NCBI GenBank assembly: GCA_000934665.2
Contig: KZ538324.1
Span: 1 to 64,000, forward strand
Direction: 5' to 3'
From: Catajapyx aquilonaris
Taxonomy: Eukaryota
Length of the DNA: 64,000 bases
The notes under the pieces were generated by a model. That model was not told the origin of the DNA. It ran no database searches and saw nothing but the letters and a program-made list of their open reading frames with translations. A program made the position numbers and the translations under genes. Every line of letters begins with the position of its first letter. Positions within the stretch are counted from its first letter, which is position 1. This document shows positions 37,051-56,420 of this stretch, one piece after another.

Positions 37051-40000
37051 TTAGTCACAAAGGCTACTTTCAGAAGATCCATTGGCAATGGCCTGAACCC
37101 CTTCATAGGTGACAACCCCAAAGAGAAAGGACCCAATGGTCATAAAGATTACAGATGCAGTGACAATGAGCCTGTCACGTATCAGATACAGGCATGGATC
37201 CTTGGTTATGATGTGCTGCAACATGCACAGCCCAGGGAAGATGAAGATAAATACAGCTGCTAAGCTTCCCAGTATCTTGATGATGCCTCCAATATTGGGT
37301 ATGAGCACCGCCAGCACTAGGGACATTCCGAACCATATTGTGGCAATACTGAAGCGGCGGGCACGTTCATACCTAGCTGATGATGATTCATCCTGGGACA
37401 GCACATCGATTATCAGGCTACCCAGGGCCTCTCTGTGTAGGAAGAATGCCAAAATTATATTGACGTCAATTTTTATGTACAGTATTTTTTCCTAGACTAG
37501 TTAGCAATGTGATTTCCTCCAAATATGAAAAACATGTAACTCACCTTCCACAGAAAAGCAATATTGGATATGTAGTGTATGTTTTGAGCGCAATTGCAAT
37601 AATCCCAATCAACACGTAGGGCTTGTTAGCATCGTATCCTTGCAATATGTCTGCTGGGACATTATTTCCAAAGGTCATAGCACCATACACAGCAGCCAGA
37701 TTGTACGTTACAATGCAAATGATGATGGCCACTATGGCAGACTTGATGAATTGCTTGGGGTGACGGTCACGAAGGCATGAGTATATGGGTATTGCACTTA
37801 CATGGCACTGAAAGATTAAAGGTAATTAACAATTTGATAACAGTTTGACAGCATGTCGAGAAAGATTGAGAATGACTAACCTGGTAGCCAAAACAAATGA
37901 CAGGAACCACCATAAAATACTTTGTCCAGTCATCACCTGCTGGAGGAACATATGGGCCTGGGCCATGATGGTGCTCATCCATATAGTATGAGCCTACAAT
38001 TAGTGCTGGGATGTAAAGAATGGCCACCACCCCCACAGAGCTGAAATATAATATTATAATGTAATGCCATGGCAGAGCACTGGATATAAGAGCAGCTGTC
38101 AAGAATTATTATCTTACCTGCAATACTGTAAAAAGTCTATCCGTTTTGGATAGCAAAATGGCAACACTATCACAATTGAGCTGACCACCATAGTGAAGTT
38201 GCGGTTGAGGTACCAAGTATGGCAGAAGTGAGATCCATAGAGGGAGGCGAACACTGAAATGTTTCATCGGCCTAATAAGATTACTGTGCTTTACACCACA
38301 AATTTTTCTTTATGAAAAATTGCAAGCATTAGCAATCAGTTAAGATAGAAATTTGCTGCAGCTGTTTACATATACAATTAAGTTGTATGGCTGTAAAGAT
38401 TTTCCACAATGATGCCACAGAGAATGAGACCAAAATTACCTCAGCATGCATTAACAGGAATCTCACGAATTCTCCGGCAGTGTAAATCTCGAAATGAGAT
38501 CGCCCAATGCAGACCTCATATAAACATGTCTTGGAAAATGAGTCCTCCCCCTCAGGCTACTTTTGATGTCGTCCCCAACCAAAACAAGGTCAACCAACCC
38601 CTGTCATATTGATCTCCAATGATGATGAGAAAAGTAATGCAGGTTCCGAAGCAGTATAGGCCAACAGCCAAGGAAGCCAATTGCTGGCCCCTCTTCCCAC
38701 AGGCACCTAGCATCACATCCTGCAGAGTTCGGGCCATGTTATGGTCTGAGCAGTACACCAATATCATCAGGGCTGGGACTATGAAAAACATCATCACCTG
38801 GAACAAACAATTTCCTCAAAACAAGAGTAACAAAAAATCAACACCAGTTCATTGCCACCTGACAATTTTTAATTTTTCTCAGATAATGACTGTCTTCTTG
38901 GTTTCAAGAAATGCAAAATACACTTAAGAGGACATTAGTTAGATGCTAACTAATGTGAAACATCACAAACAACAATCAAATGATAACTTCTTTTTTCAAA
39001 TTATAGAATATGTTTGTGAATGCTAAGTCGCCCAGGTTAGGCTGTGCACATGAAAATATCTTGCACAAAAAAAAAATTACATTTTTTTTTCTCTCCAGTT
39101 CATGTGGATAGAAGATATTATGATCTCCAAGGATCTCAAGTATAGATATTCAGGGTCCCAAGCTTGTACCTTACACCTCCAACCTCCCCTTTTTGCACTT
39201 TTATTGATTTTTAAATGCATGCAGTACTGTACAGAGAAAGGCTCTTTATTTGGAATGCAACCAAGCTATAATGGAGCAATGAACATAACCATATATTCAG
39301 TCCATTTTAAACAGTCACCTGCCTGTTGAGCACTTATAGTAGAAGACAAAGGAATATAAAACCTTGGTAGCAAAAGGACGCATCCGGTAGACTTAGACAA
39401 TGCTCAGCCCCTAATTTGAGGTCAAATTTCATCAGACTCAAGAGCATAGACCTTGGAAATGTTTCTTCCATGTGCATGATAAGACTCAGGGTATAGTTAT
39501 TGATAATATTATTCTAAATTCATATAATATTGCATGTCCATTTAATTTCCAAGTTTCTTTCCCTCCTGACACACCCACTTCTGCATAATCCGACATATTT
39601 TATAAAATGACAATCTCGTGGTTACATTCTGGATTAGATTGTCGTATTAGAATGCTTGTTTTTCAACTTACCCCTTGCGCTATGAGTCCCACAACAATGC
39701 CTCCAGTCTCGTTGAATGCCTTAGGGAAATTGAGAAGACCAGCTCCCAGGGCTGCATTGACCACCAAAAACACGGCACCATACCAGCTGATCCCAGTGTC
39801 GTCTCCTGAAAGGGTTTTGAACTTCTTGCCCAATTTGCCAAACATAGCAGAAATCCTTTCCATATTTGCTGCTGCCCTGGTGGCACCCTCCCAGATGCTC
39901 CAGTCATGAAATACTGCTCCCTCATGACTTTTGAGAAACAGAGACTTTCTCCATAAGTGGCCATTAGAAGATTAGATATGCCAAGGTCAGTTAGTTTTTA

Positions 40001-41430
40001 AATGGCTGTTGCAGCAATACCGTGTTTCTCAGGTGTTGATGTAATAAGTGTCAGATTGATTGGAGACGTTTATCACTAGTTGTACCATCAAAGCAATCAC
40101 ACAATTTTGAAGGACTAATCAATTCCTCTATCGGCAGTGATAGCAGAAGTAGGTACCGTAAATAATATAGTTCTATAATATTTTACATTGAACCACATAG
40201 ATTAATAAAATGTAGTCCTGAATTTATATTACTGTACTCATTACAATGCATTTCATTAGTTTGAGCTGTTTTACAGAAAATGCTTTTTACTGTGCAAGCT
40301 GCATTGAAAGGGAAAATTTCAAACATTATGCCATCATGTGTAAAAAATTTCGCAGCTGTGATTAATAAGCAACTAATACCTCAAACCAAATGTCGCTAAT
40401 GAGGGACTCAACACAACTGGTAGAACAACAATATATTGCTTTGCAAGTATTTCAGAATTAGCATGTGATTATCCTAGGGTGCATATAATCAATAAATTGC
40501 CCATATTCATGCAAGTAATGCATATGAATCTACGTGCTCAACCAGTAGATTAGAAGGCCAAAATCCATAAGCTCATCATCCTTGCAAAATTCTCCCACTT
40601 CAAATCAAACCCACATAGGTCTATGTCATTTCTGACTGAAACCAGATGTATCTGAGACTTACACCCCCCACCCTCCACCACTGTAGCTCATTTCATCAGC
40701 TACATGACTACACCCACTGTCCTTTCCAAGGTGAAATAAAAGTCTGTTACATTCATTTTTGGGTCAAAATTTATCACTTTTTGAACTGACAACTACAACA
40801 CAGTGACACTGCTGAACAAAAGATACTTAAAAAACTCTTCAACTTAAACTAATAAATTATGAAGCTCAAACTTCTACCTTTCTAAGTTAACCTGAGGCAT
40901 GCGGCACTAGAAGTGCAGTTGCTTTACTTATTTTGTATTCATAACTTTACAGTGTCTACATCTCCAATGATGGGGTATAGGAGGGTTGAACATGATATGC
41001 ATGTGTGTACTCCACTCCCACACATACATCGGGACACATTAGTGCAGCTTGCATGACTGGAGTGAATAATACCTCTTTTTCCAGTTGTTGGAAGTGTTAA
41101 TTGAGGCAGTGCACCACCCTGCATATCATGCTGAGAGATATTTTACAAAATCATGCACTCCTGAAAGTGGGTGACAAAGTACCATTTGCATGCCATTTAA
41201 AAATGCTAGTTAGAAATTAGACAAAACATGCGGGTTAGATAAAAATAATATTGGGAAGAAAAAAATGATATTTCACCATGCTTACTCCTCCTGTTCCCTC
41301 TGCAGTGGCCATTGGCTGTGGGTAGCAGTCTGGTCACCTCATCATTGATGCCATACAAGCTACGTCCATTAGGTCCCACAGATTCCCAAATCTCATCGCT
41401 TGTGCTTGCGGAATGGTTGGTAATGGGCAT
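37051..41430 (-). CDS. SLC38A7: Sodium-coupled neutral amino acid transporter, SLC38A7/SNAT7-like, ~472 aa
   Basis: Exons (minus): 41286-41430, 39672-39805, 38599-38797, 38118-38253, 37881-38040, 37545-37807, 37051-37432. Motifs GAVFLVVNAALGAGLLNFP, CITFLIIIGDQ, PVICFGYQCH, TTYPILLFCGR, FIFIFPGLC. N-terminal EVTRLL dileucine. Upstream non-coding exon(s) are likely, up to ~43.2-43.6 kb. Confidence 0.9.
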
Positions 41431-42097
41431 CCCGTCACTCTCCTTGGACCCCTTCCTTCACCCTGCCTCCACACTTGAGTATTAACAGGTTGATTCAATA
41501 TTGATGCCCTGTTGAAAAAAATGTAGTTGATCTGATCACTTATTTATTATTGAAAATTGGATACTGTTCAAATTCATGTGCACAATGGGCAGCATAAATA
41601 CATGGAAAGACCTCATTTGCATAACATTAAGAAATATTTCACAAAGACATAATTAAGGTGTGTTTTCATAAAGACCAAATTAGGACGTAAAATCACACGT
41701 GCATCTTGTGTCTCTGCATGGTGCACCAGTTTTATGTGTGTCAAAAAGATGAGTGAGTTTTAATATCCTAATCAGCCACACATAATAAAACCACTGTCAG
41801 TAAAGTCATTTTTTTATATAGAAGATATAAAATGCTATCTGCGTGATAAAATGGGTGAAGCCACATTTGTGAGAATGAAAACTGAATTCTCATTCTGGTA
41901 TTTTTTTACCTCTTCATCAGAGACCAGAGTTTTATTTTCCCCCCAAGAGGACTCGGATGCATTTACTCAACAGTGTATACCTATTGATATAGGAATCTAC
42001 CACTTTGAGATTTGGGGTATATAAAAACCATTTCATCATGCACAGATATCCCAGATGTAGGTGAACTAGCACATCCTTTCATGGCAGATTTCACATA

Positions 42098-42304
42098 CAG
42101 GGTGCATGTGAATTCATAGGCCAAAATGATACGGGTGGTGGGGGATGAGTATGGAAGAAGCATGGCATGAGTCTGAATGACCAGAAACGACCTTTGACGT
42201 AGACAGAGATACCGTTGATGTCAAAGGTCGTTGCCGGTCATTCAGACTCATGCCATGCTTCTTCCATACTCATCACTTTGGCATATGAATTCTTGAATGC
42301 CCTG
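42098..42304. mobile_element. Tc1/mariner-type foldback MITE
   Basis: TA TSD and CAGGG..CCCTG termini. Almost entirely palindromic (GATGAGTATGGAAGAAGCATGGCATGAGTCTGAATGACC and its reverse complement). Confidence 0.8.
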
Positions 42305-44148
42305 TATATGACCTATATGCATTTAGACATGCGTAGTCTTTGATTTGCTGTTGTCAAAGCACTGTCATCTGCTGGGTTAATTACAGTGTCCTACAAAATT
42401 ATTCATACCAATAAACCTTTGTTTGAATGGATGGGGTTCTGTTCCTTTGTTGCAGGAGGCTTTTTACTCCCACATTATTACACAAGAATTTCTTGTTAGA
42501 GTTAAACTTCTATTTCCATAGATAGGGTTATTAACAATAATTAATATTTTGGTACAGATAAAACTGGTTTACCGTTCCTAGAAACACATTACATGTGAAA
42601 TATTTCCTTCCATTGCAGACCATTATTACCATTGTGAGAACATACCATAATCATCAAGGATGTGTAAAGCTATCTCTAAATGAATGCGACAGATTAAAAT
42701 ATGATTTATTACTGCACCATAATTGCATCCATAATGTTGCAAACCAAAGCATCTGAAAATGTCAGGATATTTTCCCTATTGCAATGAACAGACGACACAC
42801 AAGTTCAACAAATGCCTGTAAGTCGCTCTTTATTCCTAGGAAGGAAAGCGCATCAGTTTCAAATTATCATCAAGAATATTACATTTGTCTCTTGTCTTGA
42901 AATTGAATGGAAACACTAAATGCCTGAAGTCATCTAGAAATGGTACTTCACTCGCAACCGTTACATCAATAACTTTCACATAATTTCAAATGCTTTCAAA
43001 CTTGTGCCTATTGCAGATATTGTACTGCAAGATTGTCTTTACATGCGTGTCAGCATTGCTTAAAGAATTAATAAAACACATGCCTGCCATTTAAAAATAC
43101 ATGAAAGGCCTGGCTTTCTACAGCGTGGTAATTAAAGACACAATCATGCTCTAAGGGTGGATATACTCACAGCTTCTTCTCTGGCCTCTCTGGCCTCTCT
43201 CTCTCCAGTCCTCCGGCTAATAAATGTGATCCCAATCAAGCAAACTGCCCACTGCCTTTATTTTTGCGCGCAGCAAGTACGTCATTTCGTAAAAAAACAG
43301 CTGATAACATTTCCCAATTACATCTGGTTCTTGCATTAATTAATAATCCCAATCCCTGTGCAAAAATGGCGGGCAGAGGGCTCATTCCGGTGCACGCTTC
43401 AATCGAGTTTTCACACCACACACTCAAAGTTGGATTAACTTAATACTGACGTTTTATCCCAATATTTATTCAGTAATAAGCACATAATCCGGTTTAATAT
43501 TTCGGTAATTTGTAAATTTCGCGTCCATCAGCACAGGTAGTGTGACGTAATCGTAATGTGATCGTAATTGAGTCCCCCGATGGGTGTTGCTGACCCGCAG
43601 CTCTTATCAAGAGTCCAGCAAAACCAATAAACAACATATGCCTCCCCAAGATTGGGCAAACGTATCCGCACCAAGCTATCAATAGGAAATTTTGAGTCGT
43701 TGACCTACATTTATTTCTGTCTACATCTGCAGCAATTTGTCGCCAATGGTTTTAAAATAAAGAGGGGGTGGTTGGGAGGGTTAAAATGATACGTCAAATC
43801 TGCTTATGGTCCACTGCATCTGCCACGAATTTTTATTCTGTAATCCATATACAAAGAATAGACCTTATAATACTGTGTCACAACGTACTTTTTCACGTTT
43901 GCAATTTTTTTTACATTCTATATCTACCTAATCACCTTTTTTGGCTTTTTTTCACCCATCCTAAAACACAGATGGTATAAATAATTCTGCACAATTTATG
44001 ATACAAAAGTGCAAATCCAACTTGTAATATCACATGACTAATTAAAATCACTGTCGGTCGAGCTAAAAAACAAAGAGTACGAAACACAATAGTTCCGATA
44101 TAACAAACCACTGGATATGTCAAAAATATAATATTGGACCCCCTCTAT

Positions 44149-47100
44149 TTAGATGGGCTTTCCTGCAATGCCATTGGTACTAGGCCCTTGCACTTCTTCT
44201 GGTAACTTGTCCTCCACAACAGCTCCATCACCTTCCACTACTTCTTTCTTGGCATTTCTCAGCCGGCTGGCAGCCTTATTGGCTTCATTCCTATCGGCCA
44301 CCTTGCATGCCTGAAGGACTATGCTGTTGAACTGCTCACACTTGTCTGCATACACATGGTGGCCTGCTCCATTAATAACCTGGAAAATAATGTCTTCGTA
44401 AGAATCCTCGCCCAACGTGACAGTCATATGCTATAAGCTCCATAGAGTAATTGCAGAATGGCAATGCCCATCTACACATTTTTTATCAAGAATTACCCCC
44501 CATCATAAGACACACTCAAATCATCAAGACAGGTCCTCCTCTCCCCACACACTAATGTATCCTCTCATTCGCCCAATTTGAAAGAGTGAAATTTTTCCAA
44601 TTTAAAAACAGGAAGCTAGTTTTATGATATCATTCACTTTAGGAACCTTTGCTCTTTTTCAGTGTACAGTATGTGCTTCATGGGCATTTGTGATACATTG
44701 TAATCCCACCTTCAGAGGGGTTGATAAAAGAGAGGAAGTCCTTCTATGGTGAGCATGGTTCATGGAAGGGTGACCAAGGGTCATCTGGACTCTTGCCCAA
44801 CCAAGACATCAGCCTCTTTCAAGATCATGCACCGGAACATTTCAATGACCATGAAGAGTGCATCAACGCAGTGAACAGTGACAATATCTGTGACTTCGTG
44901 TCGCCAATTTCTTCCTTAAATAAATGCGCGAAAGCAAGCAAATGTCCTTGTATTGGACTGATATACACCACTAGAAAATTGGCATATGCCACCATCATGA
45001 CTGACCAATCATAATGTTGAACATCCTCACTAATTACTGAAGTGTAACTACATACAAAACAATTATCTAAATACAGACATCACTTGTTGAGACAGTCTTA
45101 ATGCAAGTGAATTCTAGAGGCAGTTTATTTTTACCTGCACATCGACATATGAACCCTTCCTCATCTGCTGTATCTGGGCTCCTGGTCCATGGTCAACCCA
45201 CGACCTCGATCCATATATCATGGTCATTGGGATTTCCTTTTGGAGGGAGTCAATCCGGTTGAGCATGGGGAACTTGGCATAGCCAAAGCCTGACATCATT
45301 GCATGAAAGGCAGCTTCACCTCTAAAGCAAAAGTACAATGATCAAATTAGTATTTTCATCAACATTTTATGCCAAGTAGAAAGGCATATTTTACAAGATT
45401 ATTTACGTGGGTTTCTGCGCATTGCAGTGAAAGATGTAGTTGGGAACTGCATTTTCTTCATCATTGACGAGCACGGAGAACTTTCTGATGAGGTCTGGCC
45501 GGACTTTCTCAATCAGCTTTGGACCTGCAGGCACCGTCAGGAAATCAACAACAGGCATTAGGGACCCCGCTATTAAGGGTTATGCAAGACTGTCACCTTA
45601 TGCTACACCAAATCAACAGGAAGTAATGCAATCTTCCTACCTAGATATCTTAAGCTGTTCTAGTACACAACTCATGTATACCACAATCAGAAAAATAACA
45701 AAATTATAATGTGCCCAAAGGAGGATGAAAATGATAATACAAGTACATAAAGTACAAACGGCAGCTATCAGTTTCCCATATACACCTGATGTACGATCAT
45801 GTAATGTTCACAGAGTAACGCTAGAAACAATCATTTGTAAAATATTCTGACAGCATTCATTCACTTTGCTACGCTTATGTGTAGGTCATCCATAAACTAT
45901 GCAATGTTCTGCCAATTTTAAATCTCTTTGTCTGGCCATACAATCCATCATGTTGCTAACAGAAATTCCCACCCCACCAGCTTCCTTCTTCTTCACAGAA
46001 CATGTACAACTTCAAAGGTAAAAAGTTTTCCACTTATAGGCCTATAATAACTGGGGTAGTCCAGTTACTCTGGGTATCTGCCGTGGAACGTTAGTACAGT
46101 TTGAGGGGTCCAAGTTTTACACTCATAGATAATATCTACTACAAGCAGATGGATGGGTGTGGGATGGGTGGGAAGGGAGGTAAGATACAAGGGTCAGTCA
46201 ATGAACTCTTGATCTGACATAGAAGGATTGACATATAGGGACAGGTTGTAATGGCACTCATTAGAACAGCATCCCTAAAGTTTCATTGCGATTGCTTCAT
46301 TCTGCTGGGAGTACTGGACACTTGAGATGGAGAAAGTGTGGGCTCTTCTAACAATTTTGAACACCCGCACCTCATGCATCGCACTGGTTGCGGCTGCTCC
46401 CCCATTCACCGTATTTGCCAGATTTGGCTTCCTCTGACTGCCATGGACTACCCCTTGTTCCCAAATGTGAAAGAAATCCTGAGTGGGACTTGTTTTGCTA
46501 GTAACAGTGCAAATCATGAGGTGTGGGTGTTCTCCATGGTTAGATGAGTCCACACTTTAACCATCTCAAGTGTCCCACACTCCCAGTGGAATTATGCAAT
46601 AACTGCAATGAAACTTTCCGAGTGCTGTTCTAGTGAGTGCCACTACAATTTAGTTACAACACGTCCTTATATGTCAACTCCTTCTATGCCAGGCCAAGAG
46701 CTCTTGGCCAGGCCTAGAATTCCTTGACTGATCCTTGTATAGGGTGATTGACCTGCTCTGTTACCCTGTTTTTGTGAAATAACAAGAGAGATTGAAATAG
46801 CAAATCCATATAGAGGGGCTAGTTATCTGCATTAGATATTATTTATAAAATGTCTGCCACCATCTCCCAGCCACAATTTGTAAGCAAAGCTACATATTGG
46901 AAAGAGTTTGCTGAAGTAGGCCTACATAACTGGAAATTACTCCAATCTCACTTCTCCTTCAGCTGTTCAATTGTTGCAGGCTTGTAAGATTGTTCGAGGA
47001 CACTCGATCCCCATTCAGATGACATTCTGGAGGTGTCAGGTCATGAGGTCTGGGTGATCAAAATCCTTCCGAAATGATTAGTTTTTAAAGAAGTTTCGGA

Positions 47101-50100
47101 TTTCATGCAGGCAGTTTTCTTACAAGTGACACACATTAGTCACTCCATCTTATGTAAGTAGCCATTCAAAAGTTACTACTCATCCAATTGATTCACTAAA
47201 GAGCCCTCCTTTCCTCAATGTACCAAAATCGTAGGCAGACCGAAGCAATAAAGGTATGTTCTCATTCTCATGACTGCGTTTTCTCTACTTTCACTGCAGA
47301 TGAGTTATCTTTTATCCCGGAAAAAATTAACTTACTGGCAGTTGTTCAACTTTCAGTTTACTGCTTTAGGTAGAAAAATCTGCTCATCCATTTGAACCAC
47401 ACATTTTAAGGTACAATTTTTCATCCAATTTGGGCCTATTGCATTCGTGAGGACATGCTTTAAGATATTGTTTGGATAACCAACAGTATTCTTAACTTGT
47501 GTATGCCAAAAATGCCATAGCATAGCAAATGTACGCTATATAAAATTTTTTCTAACTATTATAATTATAACATTGTCAAAGGCCCTTATAGAAATTATCA
47601 TACGAGAGCTACAAAAAAATTGATAATAATTACTGCAATAAACATCAGTGTGACAAAGGCTGAGATTGCACATGCTGATGCAATTTCAAAAAGAAGTGTG
47701 TACAGACTCAACTGAACTATTCAGCTTCAAATTACTATGTCCTAACCAACGGCAAGGCTATCAGAAGAAGCAAGGCATTAACCTCACCACTATTATAGCT
47801 CCATAATTTCCACTGAATATCATTTGATATACTTGTAATGATTACCAAAATAAAATGTGATAATGTTGATGTTGGATATGAGTTTACGCCCTGGGTAATC
47901 TTCATTCCAAAATTAATTAATTCAATTGGTAGTTCCCAGTGAGCCTCTGCATCCATCTGAAACTTTGTTTCTGAAAGGCCTAACAACCAGGGCGATGGAC
48001 AAAAGCTGTGCATACAACTTGCGCACATGGCAAGTTAGCTTAGCTATATCCTAATTTGGACCCAGTAAAGATGCTGTGGCATGCAGTTAAAAATTCTCAG
48101 CAGTGTGAGAAAATGGTCAGTAGTGTAAGGGGTCTCCTCAACTTGGGGTTTGAATAGCAAGATATGAAGATTTCTTAGCTTCATGGATTTTCTCTCACAT
48201 TTTCCTAACTCCAATGTTCCAACACTGAACCTCATTTTAATTAAATTCCACAATCAAGAGAAGCACTGGCCAAACCAATACTTACCAAAGGGTCCAGCTG
48301 CCCTAACTCCCCAGAGGGGGTTGAGTGGCTGCAGCACGTAGGCCACAACTCTTACCCACATGGGAACAGTGAAACGTGAGGGAGCATCAGGGAGCCGCTC
48401 AGGAAATCCCCATGGATCTGCCAGAATGAGGTGAGCCACTCGGGATGGGTACCGAATAGCGTAAGATGTGGCAAGAAAGCCTCCCATGCTGTGACCCAGG
48501 AGGACAAAGCGCTCCAGCTTCATCTCACGCCGCCACTCTTCCATTGTCTGCACCAACTGCCGTTCAGCCTCAAGTCCATCTGAGCTGAATGTTGGCCGTG
48601 AGCTTCCCCCAAATCCTGTCCAAGTTCAAGTTTGACATTAGGGGACAACGTAGTAACAGTGAAATAATATAAATCTATGTGCAAAAATAACAATGCAATT
48701 CCAAATGATGATATTTCACTTTTGCATGAGGAAAAGCTATTTCACAAATTTGGCATCAATTAAGGGGGGTGAGAAGTAGGCAGATATGAAGTGGTTTGTG
48801 TGTGACAGAAATTCACAGGCTTCATGGTGGCTCAGCATGGTGGGATAATTGCTGCAGTACAACCCAATACACTTTCTGTGGTTGGAAAGCAGGTGGGAAT
48901 AGGGAAGCAAAAGAGGCCACAACTGGTTATAGGAAGGGGCTTTCTTGGAGATGGGATTGCTATGTTACTGCAATTCTACCTATGCCCCCATGCTGCTCAT
49001 TTGCCGCTGAATATGTGAAAGAGCCTTAGGACATGTGTCATTCATTCTGTTGCCATTTCTGGGCAATCACTGTAATATTTAAAAACATGGAAAATCCTCA
49101 TTAATCATGTGTTACTTTGACTCTTGCCTCCATGCAGGCAGTAAGTGGCCACATATTCCATGGTTAATTCATGCCTACATAAATTAATGTGGGAGGTCAG
49201 AAATATGAGTCACTGAGAACATATTGGAGTCTGACCTAGCAAGTCAAATCCATGCACTGATCTGCTTCCTGCAAGTGAGTCGAGATTAAGGCACCAGAGA
49301 GCAACACCACTTCCAAATCCATGGACTAGGACAAGAGGGGTCCGGTGTGACTTCTCGTTGAGGGAGATTGTCCACACTTTGTCATCGTTTCCCACAACAG
49401 AGCCAATGTCAAGGTATCTACCTCGGTATGGTGTCTTTATGTCTACGAAATAGAAAAATTAAATGACCATTATCAATGCGTTACAACTTGCAGTTTTCAA
49501 ATACGGTGAAACATGTGTGAAACTTGTATAACTTGAACATCGCTAAAGCAAAGTTCACTAAAAGTCAAAGCAAATGACAACAAATTACAGCATGAAATAA
49601 TGTCAATGTCCTTGAACAATTTTGTCCAGGGATATTTATAAATATTCTGTAACTTGAATCATTTACAGCTTGGAGAGTTCTGGTCCCTTGGAAATTTCAG
49701 TTACAAAAGTTTCACCCTCGGTGTCTGATATCAGGGGCAAAAGTTAGGTAGATAATTCTCGGATCCGTGGGAAAAAGAGCATAAGTCGGAAAATGTGCAA
49801 ATTGAGTTATGCGACCTGTTATGCCAGTTATGGTCAGAAGGAGTCCCTCTTGGTTCTGCCAGAAGGCTGCGTGACAAGCCCTAAAACCAGGCTAGGAAAA
49901 AAATGTGCAAGCAAGGGTATGTCATCTTTACAAGAGGTCCAGTATTTAAGATAATCTGCTCTCCTGACAGATTAACTTGTTTGACTTATGCTCTTTTTCC
50001 CGTGCATCCGAGAATTGTTCCATTAAACCTACCATACGTTAAAACTGGTACAAAACAAAATATTTAAAAATTTTACCAGACTATGTTTAATAAAGTACTG

Positions 50101-50486
50101 CATGGAAGCAAGGGAGCATGACAAGGCATATTCAAAGGTGAGAAATTACGTGAGTCATTCAGGGATGATTTACACTTTGTTCCAGTAGAGTTTCACTTTT
50201 TAAAACCAGACAACTATACCTTCGGTATTGCAACCAACCAAAATGAACTGTTACTCACATGAAAGGATCTTCTTCTCAGCAGCTCGTAATAACGACATAG
50301 ATGTAGGGCTCCACCTCAGCCAACTCCTCAACCAACTATGGAAAAGAATTACATCATAAGACTGGGCTACAATGTCGACCAATTTTAAAGGGTCTGACAT
50401 GCCAGTAACCTTCACAACATCACAAGAAATGAGGATCACACATACCTTCCTGTTTCTTGAGGTTCTGGGAGAGCCTCCGGTTCCAT
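44149..50486 (-). CDS. ABHD4: Alpha/beta hydrolase, ABHD4/ABHD5-like, ~396 aa
   Basis: Exons (minus): 50446-50486, 50259-50335, 49236-49442, 48286-48615, 45407-45524, 45135-45321, 44149-44379. Motifs [17 protein letters not shown] (Ser nucleophile), [25 protein letters not shown]. Confidence 0.92.
46188..46737. mobile_element. mariner-like MITE with long imperfect TIRs
   Basis: TA-flanked CAAGGGTCAGTCAATGAA / TTCCTTGACTGATCCTTG. Inverted similarity continues for ~100 bp (GGCACTCATTAGAACAGCA vs TGCTGTTCTAGTGAGTGCC). Confidence 0.7.
49758..50012. mobile_element. MITE with AATT flanks (Sola1-like TSD)
   Basis: TIR CTCGGATCCGTGGGAAAAAGAGCATAAGTC / GACTTATGCTCTTTTTCCCGTGCATCCGAG, with AATT on both sides. 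The superfamily assignment is tentative. Confidence 0.65.
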
Positions 50487-50699
50487 TATTTTACTCCCCA
50501 GATTTTAACACTCATCCAAAAAATGACTAGCAAGCAGCTGCAAAGAGGCAAAATAAAGTTAAACACAACATGAGCAACTCAATAGCACAAGTTATTCCCC
50601 GTGTCTGTTATTATATCAGTTGGCAAGAACCACAAGGCTATGCAACTATATTGCATGCTACAAGTGCGTTACAAATGGCTGTGATGCAACCTTGCTTAC

Positions 50700-51872
50700 A
50701 CCACTCACCTGCACTGGCCAGGAGACCAAAACACTTGTCGAATTTGTCCACTTCCGGGCCGAAAAGATGTGCGCGGGGGCGGACTGATGTGCCCCGCGTT
50801 CGAACAATTTCGCTCCACAGGTCGAAAGTGCGTCGGGAAAAACAAGCCAACCTGATGATGAGTAATAGTCGGGGAGGAGGCTCAACAACTAGCTGCTGCG
50901 GAGGGGGGAACGACAAAAAAAAAACAAAAAACAGCTGATAGTGCAACTTTTGATCGGGTATTATGTAAGAGCAGGTCGTGATGTAACGAGGAGTGGCACG
51001 GGAATCATCAACATTTGGGTCCATCTGATGATGCTCCGAATTGATTCAAGGGCACCGGGGTCCTTCCCAAGGCGACCATTGTTTTGTCGGGGGGCGAGGC
51101 TGAATTAGAACATTGTTTACATGTTTCCCGAAAGAGAGAGAAACGGGGGAGAGGACGCCCTTGTTGCACTGGGAGGAGGGCGGTGAACACGTGTAACGGT
51201 TCGTGTACCTTCTCATTTATTCAGGGGAACAAGGGCACTTTGGTCGGGCGCGTTCGGATTGGTGCTGGCGGCATCCGAATTCGATTCACCTGCAAGTGTG
51301 CTTATGATCAGTGAACGAGTACGACCGCTAATTATAATTTCATGCGTAATTATGCTGTGTGAAATAGCAATGCATGTGAATAAACGTGAATAAACGTCAT
51401 TAACATACATTTTTAATGACGTTATGGGAAGGCGCCTAACAAGGCATCGAGTACTCGAGGCCATTATTCTGCAACATGCGTCCATTTATGTTGTAAAATA
51501 TTAAATTGCAATAATTTGGTGGTGATAATTGCAAATTAGCCGAATTCATCAGCTAGTACCTCAGAGAGCATTCACGTTGGCAACGGAATCGCGCGCAATT
51601 TTCCTTTGTCTGTCGGCCATACTTCCTCGGATTGCGACCGGTGCGAGTTGGCCGGCAGAGTTTGGAGTCTGTGCTGTTCCTAGAGGCCAGTTCTTGCCCC
51701 CGGATTGTTCCAGGAGGTGCGTACTCTTGCAGTCGGGCTCTGTACACTAGAGGGACAGCCAGAGATCTTGAATACACTAATAGTAGACGTTGACTGCCAT
51801 TCAAACCCCATTATTTTCTTCTGTAGGTAGCAACCTCATTAGAAGCAGAAGTGGGCAAATTAACATACCGCA
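50700..51872. promoter_or_regulatory. Bidirectional promoter and 5'UTR exons ABHD4/MCM4
   Basis: CpG-rich interval between divergent genes. Minus-strand UTR donor near 50708; plus-strand UTR acceptor TGTAG at 51826. Confidence 0.55.

Positions 51873-56420
<4,548 letters not shown>

Noticed and set aside
51586..51602. E2F-like site (TCGCGCGCAA) upstream of MCM4
   Set aside because: Biologically plausible, but an imperfect match to TTTSSCGC and not distinguishable from chance in CpG-rich DNA.
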